Below are positions 36,553 through 44,385 of a stretch of 46,985 nucleotides of DNA, piece after piece. Origin of the DNA: a virus (lineage: Duplodnaviria; Caudoviricetes); the IMG/VR virus record IMGVR_UViG_3300020042_010196, positions 1 to 46,985 of that record, one strand, 5' to 3'. Under the pieces are notes generated by a model that was given only the letters and a program-made list of their open reading frames with translations, was not told where the DNA came from and did not search any database. Numbering within the stretch: the first letter of the stretch is position 1; every line of letters starts with the position of its first letter. The translations under genes were made by a program, and so were the position numbers.

Positions 36553-36585
36553 TTGGTAAGAAACAGGGAGAATTGGTAAGAAACA
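36552..36585 (+). repeat. 14-bp direct repeat ATTGGTAAGAAACA x2
   Basis: Copies at 36552 and 36572. Confidence 0.8.
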
Positions 36586-36808
36586 TATGTGAATGATATG
36601 CGATAGGTACGAAAAGCAAATATATAAAACAAAATGCAAGTGTAGAAAACATATAGTACTAGGTGATACAACATACTAGGTTACATATGGTAATGCGTAT
36701 AAAATGTACGAGGGAAGGGTGTAGGTATATATAGATATAATACACCTGTGTGTGTCCCTCCTAATGTTTTTCCTATAGGGGGAAAGATTCCTGGACAGAT
36801 ACACTGAG

Positions 36809-36988
36809 AACTACCTAGAGAACCGATCCGTAAACCGATTAGAAAACCGTCTAGTAAATCGTTTGGTAAACCGTCCTGGAAACCGATTAGGGAACCGTTT
36901 GGCTAACCGCCTAGAGAACCGATTGGAAAACTGATCCGTAAACCGATTAAAAAACCGTTTGGTGAACCGATAGGGAAACTGTTTTGGC
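36809..36988 (+). repeat. 12-bp-period tandem array II (15 units, AACCG core)
   Basis: Exact 12-nt phase from 36809 to 36977, e.g. AACCGATCCGTA, AACCGATTAGAA, AACCGTCTAGTA, AACCGTTTGGCT. Confidence 0.92.
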
Positions 36989-37112
36989 TACCCAAACAAA
37001 AAAACAATCCCTCCCTAGGAATTCCCTCCTGGAAAAAACTTTAAAAAAAATTGATCAAACTGTTGCCTAGAAGGAACAAAAGGAGTATCTTTAGGGTCTA
37101 AAGATCAAACAT

Positions 37113-37328
37113 ATGGAAAAGGTTTCGGAATTAAAGACAGTGGTAGGGAAAGATTGCTCATGCAACTACTCACCTACCCACAGATCAAAGTTAATCCAGG
37201 TAGGAAAAGAATTGTGTATCCTGGAAGTAACTCCAGCCCAGCATGGGGATTTGTCTAGGGGGGAAGACTCAGTAGGGGTTCAGTTCACCCTGCCTATTTA
37301 CATTACACACAACCAATATTTTTTCTAG
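37113..37328 (+). CDS. Hypothetical early protein
   Basis: Promoter at 37063. Confidence 0.65.
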   Translation: MEKVSELKTVVGKDCSCNYSPTHRSKLIQVGKELCILEVTPAQHGDLSRGEDSVGVQFTLPIYITHNQYFF

Positions 37329-37331
37329 GCG

Positions 37332-37457
37332 ATGAAAGTAATCCAGGTAACACTACAGGAAAGGTGGGCCGCCACAAGAGGGGTGGCTCACAAGTCAAAA
37401 AAATCCTACACCAGGAAACCTAAGCACAAGGGTAAGGGTTCAGGCTCAAATTGTTAG
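37332..37457 (+). CDS. Small basic protein with ArfA-like KKSYxRKxKH motif, not in ORF track
   Basis: 41 aa MKVIQVTLQERWAATRGVAHKSKKSYTRKPKHKGKGSGSNC. Confidence 0.6.
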   Translation: MKVIQVTLQERWAATRGVAHKSKKSYTRKPKHKGKGSGSNC

Positions 37458-37638
37458 CCTCCCTTACCTAAAGCATCACTTTAGATAGATTTTACTTAAA
37501 GCAACACTTTAGATAACACGACGTAAAGTTATCCTCCCTTACCTAAAGCTTTACTTTAGATAACGAGTATAAGGCGCTCTCCGGTCTACTCTTCCGGTTT
37601 AGAGAAACCAGGCCCCTTGATAAGCGCTTTGCTTTTTC
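37458..37638 (-). ncRNA. Candidate ~180-nt non-coding RNA with three repeated hairpins
   Basis: No credible ORF; directly downstream of a perfect minus-strand promoter; GC-rich 5' stems and three (C)TAAAG-N5-CTTTA(G) hairpins. Confidence 0.55.
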
Positions 37639-37644
37639 AATACC

Positions 37645-37675
37645 TAAAGATACGCTAAAAGATCTTTGTAGGCAA
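37645..37675 (-). promoter_or_regulatory. Minus-strand copy of the early promoter (divergent from 37729 copy)
   Basis: Reverse complement AAAAGTTGC-N19-TATCTTTAGGTATTG. Confidence 0.85.
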
Positions 37676-37783
37676 CTTTTTTTTCATTTATTTTGTTATT
37701 TATTTTCATTCTAAATAAGCCCTACTTGTTGTCTCGTATATCCTATAGGGGTATCTTTACCTCATTAATCAAAACAAACAGCT

Positions 37784-38017
37784 ATGAAAGCATCAATCTC
37801 AGAATTAGTAGTAGGTGAAAAATATCTTATAGGTCCTAATCAAGGAATAAACTCAGAAAATGTTATAGGAGTTTTTCAAGGAGATGTATTGGGGGGAGTA
37901 GCTGTTCAGTTTAAAGTAAAGCATCATCCAGGAATTGCTCTATATAAAGGAATGATTGTTTTCAGTAAGGATAGTAAATTATTATTCGAAAAAGTTGCAC
38001 ACAAAGAATTAAAGTAG
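37784..38017 (+). CDS. Hypothetical early protein, paralog of 38514 (LVVGEKY)
   Basis: Own promoter; shared N-terminal motif. Confidence 0.78.
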   Translation: MKASISELVVGEKYLIGPNQGINSENVIGVFQGDVLGGVAVQFKVKHHPGIALYKGMIVFSKDSKLLFEKVAHKELK

Positions 38018-38047
38018 TATCTTTATCAAAATTAAAACAAACAAGTT

Positions 38048-38437
38048 ATGATAAACAAGATTAAAGATTTAGCGTTAGTAGATTTTATAGGAGACAGAAA
38101 AGGTACATTCCAAGCTATCACCAAAGTACCAGCAGGGTATATGGTAGCCTACAACTTAGGAACAGGGGTACCTTCCCTTAATGGTTGGAAGAAGGGAGCT
38201 CTTCAAACAATTCAATTTCAGCCTGAGGGATTAAATGCTTGGCTTACAGTGTTCGCTAAGAAGGGTACTAAAGTAATTCTTATGGATGAGCAGATAGCAG
38301 CTACAGTGGAGGTAGGTACTGTTAATCAATTGTTCTACAACACTAACTTAATGGACCATGCACAATACAAAGCAGTAGGTGCTAAGACATGGGCTGATAA
38401 AGTATTTGTGGAGAATAAAATTAATGAATTAGTTTAA
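38048..38437 (+). CDS. Hypothetical early protein
   Basis: Own promoter and CAAGTTATG leader. Confidence 0.8.
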   Translation: MINKIKDLALVDFIGDRKGTFQAITKVPAGYMVAYNLGTGVPSLNGWKKGALQTIQFQPEGLNAWLTVFAKKGTKVILMDEQIAATVEVGTVNQLFYNTNLMDHAQYKAVGAKTWADKVFVENKINELV

Positions 38438-38513
38438 AAATAATTGGAGAAAGAGTTGTTTATTCAGTTCTTTCTCCTTATCTTTACCTCATTAATAATA
38501 AAAACAACAAGTT

Positions 38514-38738
38514 ATGTTAGTAAACAGAAAAGATTTAGTAGTAGGTGAGAAGTATTTCATGGATGGTTCTCGTAGAGTTGTAGGTACATTCACTAAGAGA
38601 ATTGACGATTCAATCTACTTTGATTGTGGAGAAGATTGTGGAAGTTACATACCATCAGCTAAACCTGAGTGTGAGGGATTGATTGGGTTTTGGGGAGATT
38701 TCGGTACGGGGTTTGAACCTGTAGAGGAAATTAATTAA
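38514..38738 (+). CDS. Hypothetical early protein, paralog of 37784
   Basis: DLVVGEKY; own promoter. Confidence 0.8.
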   Translation: MLVNRKDLVVGEKYFMDGSRRVVGTFTKRIDDSIYFDCGEDCGSYIPSAKPECEGLIGFWGDFGTGFEPVEEIN

Positions 38739-38810
38739 AAAAATATGGAGAAAGAGTTGCTAGGTTAATTCTTTCTCCGTATCTTTAGGTATAATTAAAA
38801 ACAAACAGTT

Positions 38811-39089
38811 ATGAAACAAACAGTCACTTCAGAATTGAAGAAAAGTATTACGAAAGTAACAGGGCACATTGTTCAGGAAATTACTTATTCGGATCCTAGA
38901 AAAAATGGATTAGCAGTAGGAGTTAAACTTTGTTATGCAGAATACTCTCAACCTATCATCAATCAAATAGTTGAAGATATGGAGAGTAAAGGGTTTAAAC
39001 TTGCTTATGTTCGATTGAATAAAGTCAAGTACGATTATGGTGCATATGGTACAATTCCTGGTACAAGATTCTGCTTCTATAAGAAATAA
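38811..39089 (+). CDS. Hypothetical early protein
   Basis: Own promoter and leader. Confidence 0.8.
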   Translation: MKQTVTSELKKSITKVTGHIVQEITYSDPRKNGLAVGVKLCYAEYSQPIINQIVEDMESKGFKLAYVRLNKVKYDYGAYGTIPGTRFCFYKK

Positions 39090-39169
39090 TTAAAAAAAAT
39101 ATGGAGAAAGTGTTGCATACTAAATGCTTTCTCCGTATCTTTAGGTATTAATAATAAAAACAACAAGTT

Positions 39170-39904
39170 ATGAAAACATTAGAACAAATTGAATTGCAAG
39201 AAGTGGAGTTAACTAACAGGAGAGCTGACATCCACTCAAAACAACAATCAGCAATCAGAAGAGAAGTTCTCCCTTTCTTCCAACACCTTACTCCAGAAGT
39301 CGAGATAGAATTTAACACAGGTTCAATCTACTTCAAGATGGTTCATCCTGATAGAGGGTACAGCAAAGAGTTGTTTAGTGTTTACTTGAAGCAAAGTTGG
39401 AGTGATGATACTCACTACAGTGGTCTTGATTTGTCTTATTACACTACTTCTGTATCAGGAGAGGATAAGTGGGAATTGAAAAGACTTCAGATATTGGGTT
39501 CTGTTGCTGGGATTATTCACGAACATGGTGACATTATTCTAGGTAGAATAAACAGTGTTTGTAATGGACTTCGGGTTGTGTATGATGGATTGTATGAGGA
39601 GATGGGTGAATTGCATAAAGAGAAAAGTGAAGTACTAAATGCTGCCCATGCTGAACGTCGAGCTAAGGTACAGGCTGAGCTCTTTGAGGGAGGAGTTTCA
39701 TTTCCAGGGTGGGCACATATCAAGTTGAAGTACAACTATACTGCAAGAGTGACTTGGTTAGCAATCACTAAGGTATCAAAGACTAAGTGTGTAGCTGTGT
39801 TCAAGTACCCTGACCATGATAAAGTTTATACAGAAGAGAGAGTTGATTTAGAGAGTTTATTAACTCAAGTAATCGCTCAGCAAAATTTCGCACAGTCTTC
39901 ATAA
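39170..39904 (+). CDS. Hypothetical early protein (244 aa)
   Basis: Own promoter and leader; followed by antisense element and terminator. Confidence 0.82.
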   Translation: MKTLEQIELQEVELTNRRADIHSKQQSAIRREVLPFFQHLTPEVEIEFNTGSIYFKMVHPDRGYSKELFSVYLKQSWSDDTHYSGLDLSYYTTSVSGEDKWELKRLQILGSVAGIIHEHGDIILGRINSVCNGLRVVYDGLYEEMGELHKEKSEVLNAAHAERRAKVQAELFEGGVSFPGWAHIKLKYNYTARVTWLAITKVSKTKCVAVFKYPDHDKVYTEERVDLESLLTQVIAQQNFAQSS

Positions 39905-39925
39905 CGCTGTTGTTTTAATTATTGA
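39898..39925 (+). promoter_or_regulatory. 3'-UTR element complementary to the shared early leader and ATG
   Basis: Reverse complement TCAATAATTAAAACAACAGCGTTATGAA vs leader TTAATAATAAAAACAACAAGTTATGAA. Confidence 0.6.
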
Positions 39926-39931
39926 ATGGAT

Positions 39932-39959
39932 AGGGGGCTTCGGCCTCCTTTCCTATTTT
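39932..39959 (+). terminator. Rho-independent terminator
   Basis: AGGGGGC-TTCG-GCCTCCT then T-rich tail. Confidence 0.82.
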
Positions 39960-39978
39960 CTGCCCTATTTATATATGT

Positions 39979-40265
39979 AACAGGAAGTGAGACTCTTGTT
40001 GGAAAATAGCTTTTTATTTAGTACATTATACTAATATTTATAAAAGAATATCCTACTCTGAGTCTCACCAAGGGGGTAGGTATCTCAAAAGAAGGCCTAT
40101 CTCTTAACTGAGGTAGGCTTTTCTCGTTTACTTCAATTCCTTTTACGCACTTAATGATAACCCCTATGCGTAGAAGACTTTCAGTACCCACTCTTGATTG
40201 GACCAGGTACATTTTATTAGTTATTAATTACGCTGAAGTTTTGTTATCTTTGTTTCTTCAGTATG
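39979..40265 (+). ncRNA. Candidate structured non-coding RNA (kissing-loop 5' domain plus further hairpins)
   Basis: After TATTTATA 39966; no credible ORF; six predicted stems; GTGAGACTC 39987 complementary to GAGTCTCAC 40060. Confidence 0.55.
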
Positions 40266-40373
40266 GGGGGGAAAAAATCAATGTATGTTTATTAAAAAAT
40301 AATTGTTAGAATAGTTGCTGGGTATGTATTAATTAAGTATCTTTAGGTATTAATAATTAAAACACTAAACACC

Positions 40374-40556
40374 ATGTACAAAATTAACATTCCAGCAGGT
40401 TACATTAAAAAATTTACTTCAGTATTAACTAACAAATTATCTAATACTTATAACATTTTAAGTACAGGTATATTAGTTAAATCTGAAGATTTAGAAAAAG
40501 TTCTAGATATTTCAGAAAAACTTCAGTTAAAAATAACTTATAAAAAAGTTGCTTAG
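40374..40556 (+). CDS. Hypothetical early protein
   Basis: Own promoter at 40315. Confidence 0.7.
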   Translation: MYKINIPAGYIKKFTSVLTNKLSNTYNILSTGILVKSEDLEKVLDISEKLQLKITYKKVA

Positions 40557-40602
40557 GTAACTTTTTTTTATTATCTTTAGGTAAATAAAAAAACAACAAG
40601 TT

Positions 40603-40863
40603 ATGACACAGTATCAAAAATTAGTTCAAGGGTTAGAGCAAGCCAAAGTGCCTTGCAATGTTAAATTATTCAACACAGGAGATATTGCTGTTGAATGTGG
40701 TTTCAACTATCCAGACGAAGTATTCTCACAAGTATGGGATGTAGCTGAGGCTGTAGGATTAAATACTCATAGAGGCTTCAGCATATGTGCTGATGTTCAC
40801 GGAGGAGTTGTTGAAATTCAGCAACGAGTGTGTGGAGGTCCTAAAAGATATTCATACGTTTAA
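40603..40863 (+). CDS. Hypothetical early protein
   Basis: Own promoter and leader. Confidence 0.8.
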   Translation: MTQYQKLVQGLEQAKVPCNVKLFNTGDIAVECGFNYPDEVFSQVWDVAEAVGLNTHRGFSICADVHGGVVEIQQRVCGGPKRYSYV

Positions 40864-40946
40864 TTAAAAAAAAGTTGGAGAAAGAGTTGCTAGTTCGATT
40901 CTTTCTCCGTATCTTTAGGTATTAATAAATAAAAAAACAACAAGTT

Positions 40947-41048
40947 ATGAAAAAAGATCCAGTTCAGTTAGCAGCTAATGTTGCAAAAGTAGGTTTAGTG
41001 TTAGTGTGGGGAGTGTTCATGTATTGTTTAATTAAATCATGTATTTAA
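40947..41048 (+). CDS. Single-TM micro-protein, not in ORF track
   Basis: 33 aa MKKDPVQLAANVAKVGLVLVWGVFMYCLIKSCI after consensus promoter and leader. Confidence 0.72.
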   Translation: MKKDPVQLAANVAKVGLVLVWGVFMYCLIKSCI

Positions 41049-41049
41049 G

Positions 41050-41229
41050 ATGACAGAAGTACAAACAGCATTGGTAGAGTTGAATGAGGAGGGATTTCAC
41101 ATTGAACAAGTTGAAGCAGATAAGTTCATGGTTTTCGATAATGGTAAGTTTGGATTTGCAAATGACGAAGATCCATTTATTGTTGATGGGGATGGAGTGT
41201 TAGAGATTTATGAAATGTACTTAAACTAA
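41050..41229 (+). CDS. Small acidic protein, not in ORF track
   Basis: 59 aa MTEVQTALVELNEEGF... Confidence 0.7.
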   Translation: MTEVQTALVELNEEGFHIEQVEADKFMVFDNGKFGFANDEDPFIVDGDGVLEIYEMYLN

Positions 41230-41235
41230 TTAAAG

Positions 41236-41343
41236 ATGACAGAAGTAGAAAAGTTTTACGAGTGGATGTTGAAAATAGGATCCATCCACTTAGCTGACAA
41301 TCAGCAAATGTCTAAAGCCTTTGAACAATTTAACAACAAATAA
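41236..41343 (+). CDS. Micro-protein, not in ORF track
   Basis: 35 aa MTEVEKFYEWMLKIG... Confidence 0.6.
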   Translation: MTEVEKFYEWMLKIGSIHLADNQQMSKAFEQFNNK

Positions 41344-41345
41344 TC

Positions 41346-41516
41346 ATGAGTAGAGCAAACGCAATTGCCTTAAAAGAAGAGTTGATGGATTTAGGTATCT
41401 CAGCTGAGAGTATTTTAAATTATTTATTGAGTGATCACATGTCTGGAATGGAGGCCTACTACGCAATGGAAGATGCCATGGAGGAGTTCTTTCCCAGTGA
41501 CCAGGACGAAGACTAA
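41346..41516 (+). CDS. Small acidic protein, not in ORF track
   Basis: 56 aa MSRANAIALKEELMDLG...SDQDED. Confidence 0.7.
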   Translation: MSRANAIALKEELMDLGISAESILNYLLSDHMSGMEAYYAMEDAMEEFFPSDQDED

Positions 41517-41532
41517 CTAAAAACAAACACAC

Positions 41533-41709
41533 ATGCAAGACACACAATATAGTATTCACCAGTACAAAGATCCAAACTCCAATAATGATTGTGAGTTGTT
41601 TGAAGTGATAGTTAATGGTGTTCTGGTCTACGAGAGAGACTACGGATCCCAAACCTCAGACATCAAAGAGTACATTGAAGACTACGAAACATTCCTATCA
41701 AATAATTGA
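41533..41709 (+). CDS. Small acidic protein, not in ORF track
   Basis: 58 aa MQDTQYSIHQYKDP...; A/C-rich leader. Confidence 0.7.
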   Translation: MQDTQYSIHQYKDPNSNNDCELFEVIVNGVLVYERDYGSQTSDIKEYIEDYETFLSNN

Positions 41710-41772
41710 TAAAAAAGTTGTCTACAAAGTGGTAAAGGAGTATCTTTAGGTATCAATTTAAAACAACAAGTT

Positions 41773-42021
41773 ATGAAAAATTTAAACGAAGTATATCTTA
41801 GAGATGTAAAAGAAAATGGTACTTACTTAGTTCACCAAGTTATGTACGAAAGATTTGGTGATAGTGAAAGTTACTTACTACAAGGTAGTGGTAGTGAAGT
41901 TTTGAAGTTTATAAAAGAACATGTAAACTTTTACGAGGATGAGGATATTAATGATTTGTTTGATTGGTATAATGAATGTAATGGTGATGGTGGTGATTTA
42001 ATTAGTATATTTGAATTGTAA
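41773..42021 (+). CDS. Small acidic early protein
   Basis: Own promoter; NGDGGD motif. Confidence 0.8.
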   Translation: MKNLNEVYLRDVKENGTYLVHQVMYERFGDSESYLLQGSGSEVLKFIKEHVNFYEDEDINDLFDWYNECNGDGGDLISIFEL

Positions 42022-42109
42022 AATAATTTAAAAAAAGTTAGGAGATTAGTTGCTAGTCTCCTTTCTTTTTATTATCTTTAGGTATTAATAATTAAAACAA
42101 CAACAAGTT

Positions 42110-42517
42110 ATGATGGACATTAATTACTTTTTAGACGATGCACAAAATTCTAGACAAGGTCAATTCGAATTAGACTTTGCAGATGTTATTACTTGCTTCG
42201 ATTTATTCGAGACTACATTAGTCACTGAGTGTGGTAGAACATTGGTCATTAATTGGACTGATGCAGGTTTCTTTAAGTCTTACCATATAATGTACGAGAC
42301 AGAGCAAATGGAAAGTGTAGTCAACAGAGACATGGTATTGAAGGTTATTGACTTACTTGAGACAATAGATGTTGATGGAGAGACAATGCAATACATTCTA
42401 CAAAGAATAGGAATGGAAGAACAAATGTTACGTCAGTTAGTAATGTCAAGTCCTTACACTGACACTTCAGACTTATTAGAGGAGAAAGTTAGATTGAGTG
42501 ATGCAGGAATTTTTTAG
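42110..42517 (+). CDS. Acidic early protein
   Basis: Own promoter and leader. Confidence 0.8.
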   Translation: MMDINYFLDDAQNSRQGQFELDFADVITCFDLFETTLVTECGRTLVINWTDAGFFKSYHIMYETEQMESVVNRDMVLKVIDLLETIDVDGETMQYILQRIGMEEQMLRQLVMSSPYTDTSDLLEEKVRLSDAGIF

Positions 42518-42582
42518 TAAAAAAGTTGCCTCGTAAGTATTAAAAGAGTATCTTTAAGTATTAATAATAAAAACAACAAGTT

Positions 42583-42804
42583 ATGACAAAAGACGTTCAA
42601 GAGATTTTCGCAATCGAGTTCAAAAGATTACAAGGTGGATTAGTAGCAACTCCAGACTCAAGAGAGGACTTGGAATCATTTGCAAGATCTAATCAAGGTT
42701 CAATGGACATTGTGTTAATGCAAATGGCCATTCAGTTCGGATACAAGATTGCTCTTGAGAATGTTCAAGAGAGTTTAGAGTTGTTAGATATAGTAGCAGT
42801 ATAA
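42583..42804 (+). CDS. Hypothetical early protein
   Basis: Own promoter and leader. Confidence 0.8.
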   Translation: MTKDVQEIFAIEFKRLQGGLVATPDSREDLESFARSNQGSMDIVLMQMAIQFGYKIALENVQESLELLDIVAV

Positions 42805-43034
42805 TGGGTGAAAGAGATTTAAGAGGAACGTGGAAAGGAAGAGGAAGGGACGTACCTACGTCCTCCTCTCCTATAATAGGAATGGTGTACAGAGGGAAAA
42901 GTATTGATGGGGTTAGTAACGTAATTGGTATGTTACAAATCTTTGACAATGAGCAAGCCCAATTAGTTGACAGAGATGGAGTGATGCATATAGTAACTAT
43001 CAAATCCCTAAGTACTGTTTATGATGATGATTAA
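42804..43034 (+). CDS. Hypothetical protein (true start may be ATG 42882)
   Basis: 5' part holds a strong hairpin and atypical codons. Confidence 0.5.
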   Translation: MGERDLRGTWKGRGRDVPTSSSPIIGMVYRGKSIDGVSNVIGMLQIFDNEQAQLVDRDGVMHIVTIKSLSTVYDDD

Positions 43035-43140
43035 AGTAGTATTACTCTCAGCAATGTTGCTTCACCCTCCAGTGAAGAAGCCAAGGTGCTTGAAGTACCT
43101 GGATAAGAAAATAGAAAGAAGACTAACACAAATAGCTTAA
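43021..43140 (+). CDS. Small basic protein, not in ORF track
   Basis: 39 aa MMMIKVVLLSAMLLHPPVKKPRC...; fills gap. Confidence 0.5.
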   Translation: MMMIKVVLLSAMLLHPPVKKPRCLKYLDKKIERRLTQIA

Positions 43141-43144
43141 CAAG

Positions 43145-43336
43145 ATGAATCAAGATAGATTAGCAAGATTACTCAACACAGCCCTGGAGCTACTTACTGT
43201 ACTAGAACATTATGCAGATGAAAAGACTCAGAAGGAAATAGATGCTTTGTTTGATGAGGTAAACTTTGAAGATGATAATATCTTAGCAGACCTAGAGGCT
43301 CAGGAGTGGGAAATGTTTGGTGAAAATAAAGTATAA
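43145..43336 (+). CDS. Small acidic protein
   Basis: 63 aa, D/E rich. Confidence 0.72.
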   Translation: MNQDRLARLLNTALELLTVLEHYADEKTQKEIDALFDEVNFEDDNILADLEAQEWEMFGENKV

Positions 43337-43396
43337 AAAAGTTGCCTACGAAGTATTAATTAAGTATCTTTAGGTATCAATTTAAAACAACAGCAC

Positions 43397-43594
43397 ATGA
43401 CATTAAAACAAATTATTGCCCAGGCCAAACAAGTTGATGCAGTAGACTTCAACAAATTCTTAGACGCTAATAACATCCGCAACTCTTGGCTTGATGTTAC
43501 TTTAACAGACTTCAACGATGGACCTTACAACATTACTCTAGATGATTTCGACCAGTATAATATTTCCTTCTACGATGGAATTTATGAAGAATAA
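43397..43594 (+). CDS. Small acidic early protein
   Basis: Own promoter at 43342. Confidence 0.78.
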   Translation: MTLKQIIAQAKQVDAVDFNKFLDANNIRNSWLDVTLTDFNDGPYNITLDDFDQYNISFYDGIYEE

Positions 43595-43652
43595 AGTTGC
43601 TTCGTATTAATGAAAAGAGTATCTTTAGGTATCAATAATTAAAACAAACAAC

Positions 43653-43925
43653 ATGAAAAATTTATTAAGTACTGCAAAGCAAATTTTAATTGAAGGAGCA
43701 CAACTTCTTTACAATGATGGAAGAACAGGTTTAAAAGCAGACCTTGTTGCTTACCAAGATCACTATAAGAATTTAGGGGCTATGATTTTTCAAATTGATT
43801 CTTACAAATCTTTAGGTGACATCTTAAATGATATTGAGAATGACAATTTAGCTGAGCTAGGTTACTGTAGTGGAGATGATTATGTTGTTGCAGAATTTTT
43901 ACAAGCAATTGAAGAAAGTAGATAA
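43653..43925 (+). CDS. Small acidic early protein
   Basis: Own promoter at 43597. Confidence 0.8.
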   Translation: MKNLLSTAKQILIEGAQLLYNDGRTGLKADLVAYQDHYKNLGAMIFQIDSYKSLGDILNDIENDNLAELGYCSGDDYVVAEFLQAIEESR

Positions 43926-43990
43926 AAAAGTTGCTTCGTAATATAATCTTCAGTATCTTTAGGTATCATTAATTAAAACAACAACAAGTT

Positions 43991-44317
43991 ATGAGAAAAA
44001 TCACACAGCAAGCAATTCAAAGTTTCATCAACAAACAATCTTTCTTCAAAGATAATACAATGGTTGAAGTTACTGAAACAAGTACTACATTAAAGTTGTT
44101 CAACAATCCTATTGCTGGAATAGATTACAAAGGGATGTGGATTACAGATGCAGGTTGGCCCACTAGGACTACGTTCGATAGATTGAATGGAATTGATGGA
44201 GTGTATATCTTCAAGAAGAAAGGACAAGTATATCTTAATGGATTTCCTTGGGATGGTGAGAAAGAGTATGTGATGAGGACTACTTTCTTTTACGAAGATG
44301 TACTAAAAGTTTATTAA
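43991..44317 (+). CDS. Conserved phage early protein (GWxTxTTxxRLN motif)
   Basis: MRKIT...NT...NPIA...ITDAGWPTRTTFDRLNG. Confidence 0.82.
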   Translation: MRKITQQAIQSFINKQSFFKDNTMVEVTETSTTLKLFNNPIAGIDYKGMWITDAGWPTRTTFDRLNGIDGVYIFKKKGQVYLNGFPWDGEKEYVMRTTFFYEDVLKVY

Positions 44318-44385
44318 AAAAAAGTTGCACACAAACAATTAAAAGAGTATCTTTAAGTATTAATAATAAAAACAAACAACAAGTT

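Noticed and set aside
36457-36988. 12-bp arrays as a CRISPR array or as an NRLx tetrapeptide-repeat protein
   Set aside because: Units are far too short for repeat-spacer structure. The NRLx frame has TAA, TGA and TAG stops and array II has no start. The minus RFxx frame of array II is bounded by TAG with no start.
37570-37630. SAM-I riboswitch or tRNA on the minus strand (CTTATCAAG)
   Set aside because: No kink-turn, GCAAC core or matching 3' GAT helix; no cloverleaf or downstream gene.
40-43003. Minus-strand ORFs in the ORF track (e.g. 3363-3746, 10757-11164, 32628-33095, 36321-36674, 41344-41652)
   Set aside because: Shadows of well-supported plus-strand genes or repeats, with Ser/Leu/Phe-rich composition and no leaders.
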